Source: Lytechinus pictus
Taxonomy: Eukaryota
Assembly (NCBI RefSeq): GCF_037042905.1
Contig: NC_087245.1
Coordinates: 17,548,001-17,612,000 of the forward strand
Reading direction: 5' to 3'
DNA: 64,000 nucleotides
Under the pieces are notes generated by a model. The model was not told where the DNA came from, ran no database searches, and saw only the letters and a list, made by a program, of their open reading frames with translations. A program made the translations under genes and the position numbers. Positions 63,207-64,000 of this stretch are shown piece by piece (positions within the stretch are counted from its first letter, which is position 1; the number at the start of each line of letters is the position of its first letter).

Positions 63207-64000
63207 AGGCGCGGATCCAGGATTTCGTGGGGAGGGGTAGACGTCAAAGAAAATCTGAGATTTCATTCTTAAAAACAAATTGAGGTATCTCACAAGGCCT
63301 AAATAAATAATGAGAACGCGAAGCGCGATCTTTTTTTTTTTTTTTTTTAAATAGATTTTTCATGTATTATATCCTGAAAGCCTAAGTCAGGGGCGGACCC
63401 AGCTTCCGCCAATAGGTTGAGGGGCCATTTTTTCACCCATATTTTCAAATCATATTATCAAAATTGATTTTTTTTCTTTCTTTGAAGGGGTTGTCCCAGT
63501 GCCGTAATGAGCCAACAATTTCGAGGGGGCTCGATATGGTGTATCGCATAAAATTAATAAGAAGTTGCCAGTGAGCGAAGCGAGCAATCAAATATGCTGA
63601 AATTTTTATCACAAAAATACAAGGTTGTGGTAGATTTTGACATAATATTTGGAAAATAATATTATAATTTATCCTAATTCCTTTCCTTTTCTCTCTATTT
63701 TTTCTCAGTTTTGATTCTGTCTTTTATTTATTTTTTTTTTTTGGGGGGGGGGGGCAAAACGCCCTTTTCCTAACAGTCATTTCCTAGCTTTACTTTATAA
63801 GCAACATAAATGTGTAATAATCTCTTAAGCCCTATGTAATCTAAAAATGAAATTTCATGTATTTTGTCCTGAAAATTGAACATTTTGGGCAATGTTTGTG
63901 AACCTGAACAGGACGCGTATGTAACTAGATAATTACCACGAGCGCGAAGCGCGAGCAGAAATGTTAAATATTCGTTCTGGCCTGGTCAAATAGGGTCCTG
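63207..64000. mobile_element. Cluster of hAT-like MITE fragments
   Basis: Element starts AGGCGCGGATCCAGG (about 63207), CAGGGGCGGACCCAG (about 63388) and CAGTGCCGTA (about 63497). GAGCGCGAAGCGCGAGC motifs are shared with the 14045 element. Confidence 0.5.

Overview
AT-rich, repeat-dense animal genomic DNA. The repeat content looks echinoderm (sea-urchin-like); that assignment is inference only. From about 3900 to 61112 the window is a head-to-tail tandem array of four paralogues (A-D, period about 15-18 kb) of a spliced, + strand gene for a secreted fibrinogen-related-domain (FReD) protein. The gene model, built by eye from GT/AG sites and intron phases, has a signal peptide (2 exons), an unassigned 60-aa Cys-containing exon, a variable number of Ser/Thr/Pro-rich mucin-like exons, and a FReD split over 3 exons. 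Copies C (450 aa) and D (425 aa) splice into complete open frames. B has a stop in the 60-aa exon but stays open if that symmetric exon is skipped. A lacks its 5' exons in this window and has lost its last exon. Introns and the middle FReD exon are nearly identical between copies, whereas the last exon (Ca2+/ligand-binding P subdomain) is strongly and almost only non-synonymously diverged. Comparing copies also gives filled and empty sites for several DNA transposons, a series of palindrome states, transposon-tipped replacement patches and a templated inverted insertion. No rRNA, tRNA or CRISPR was seen.
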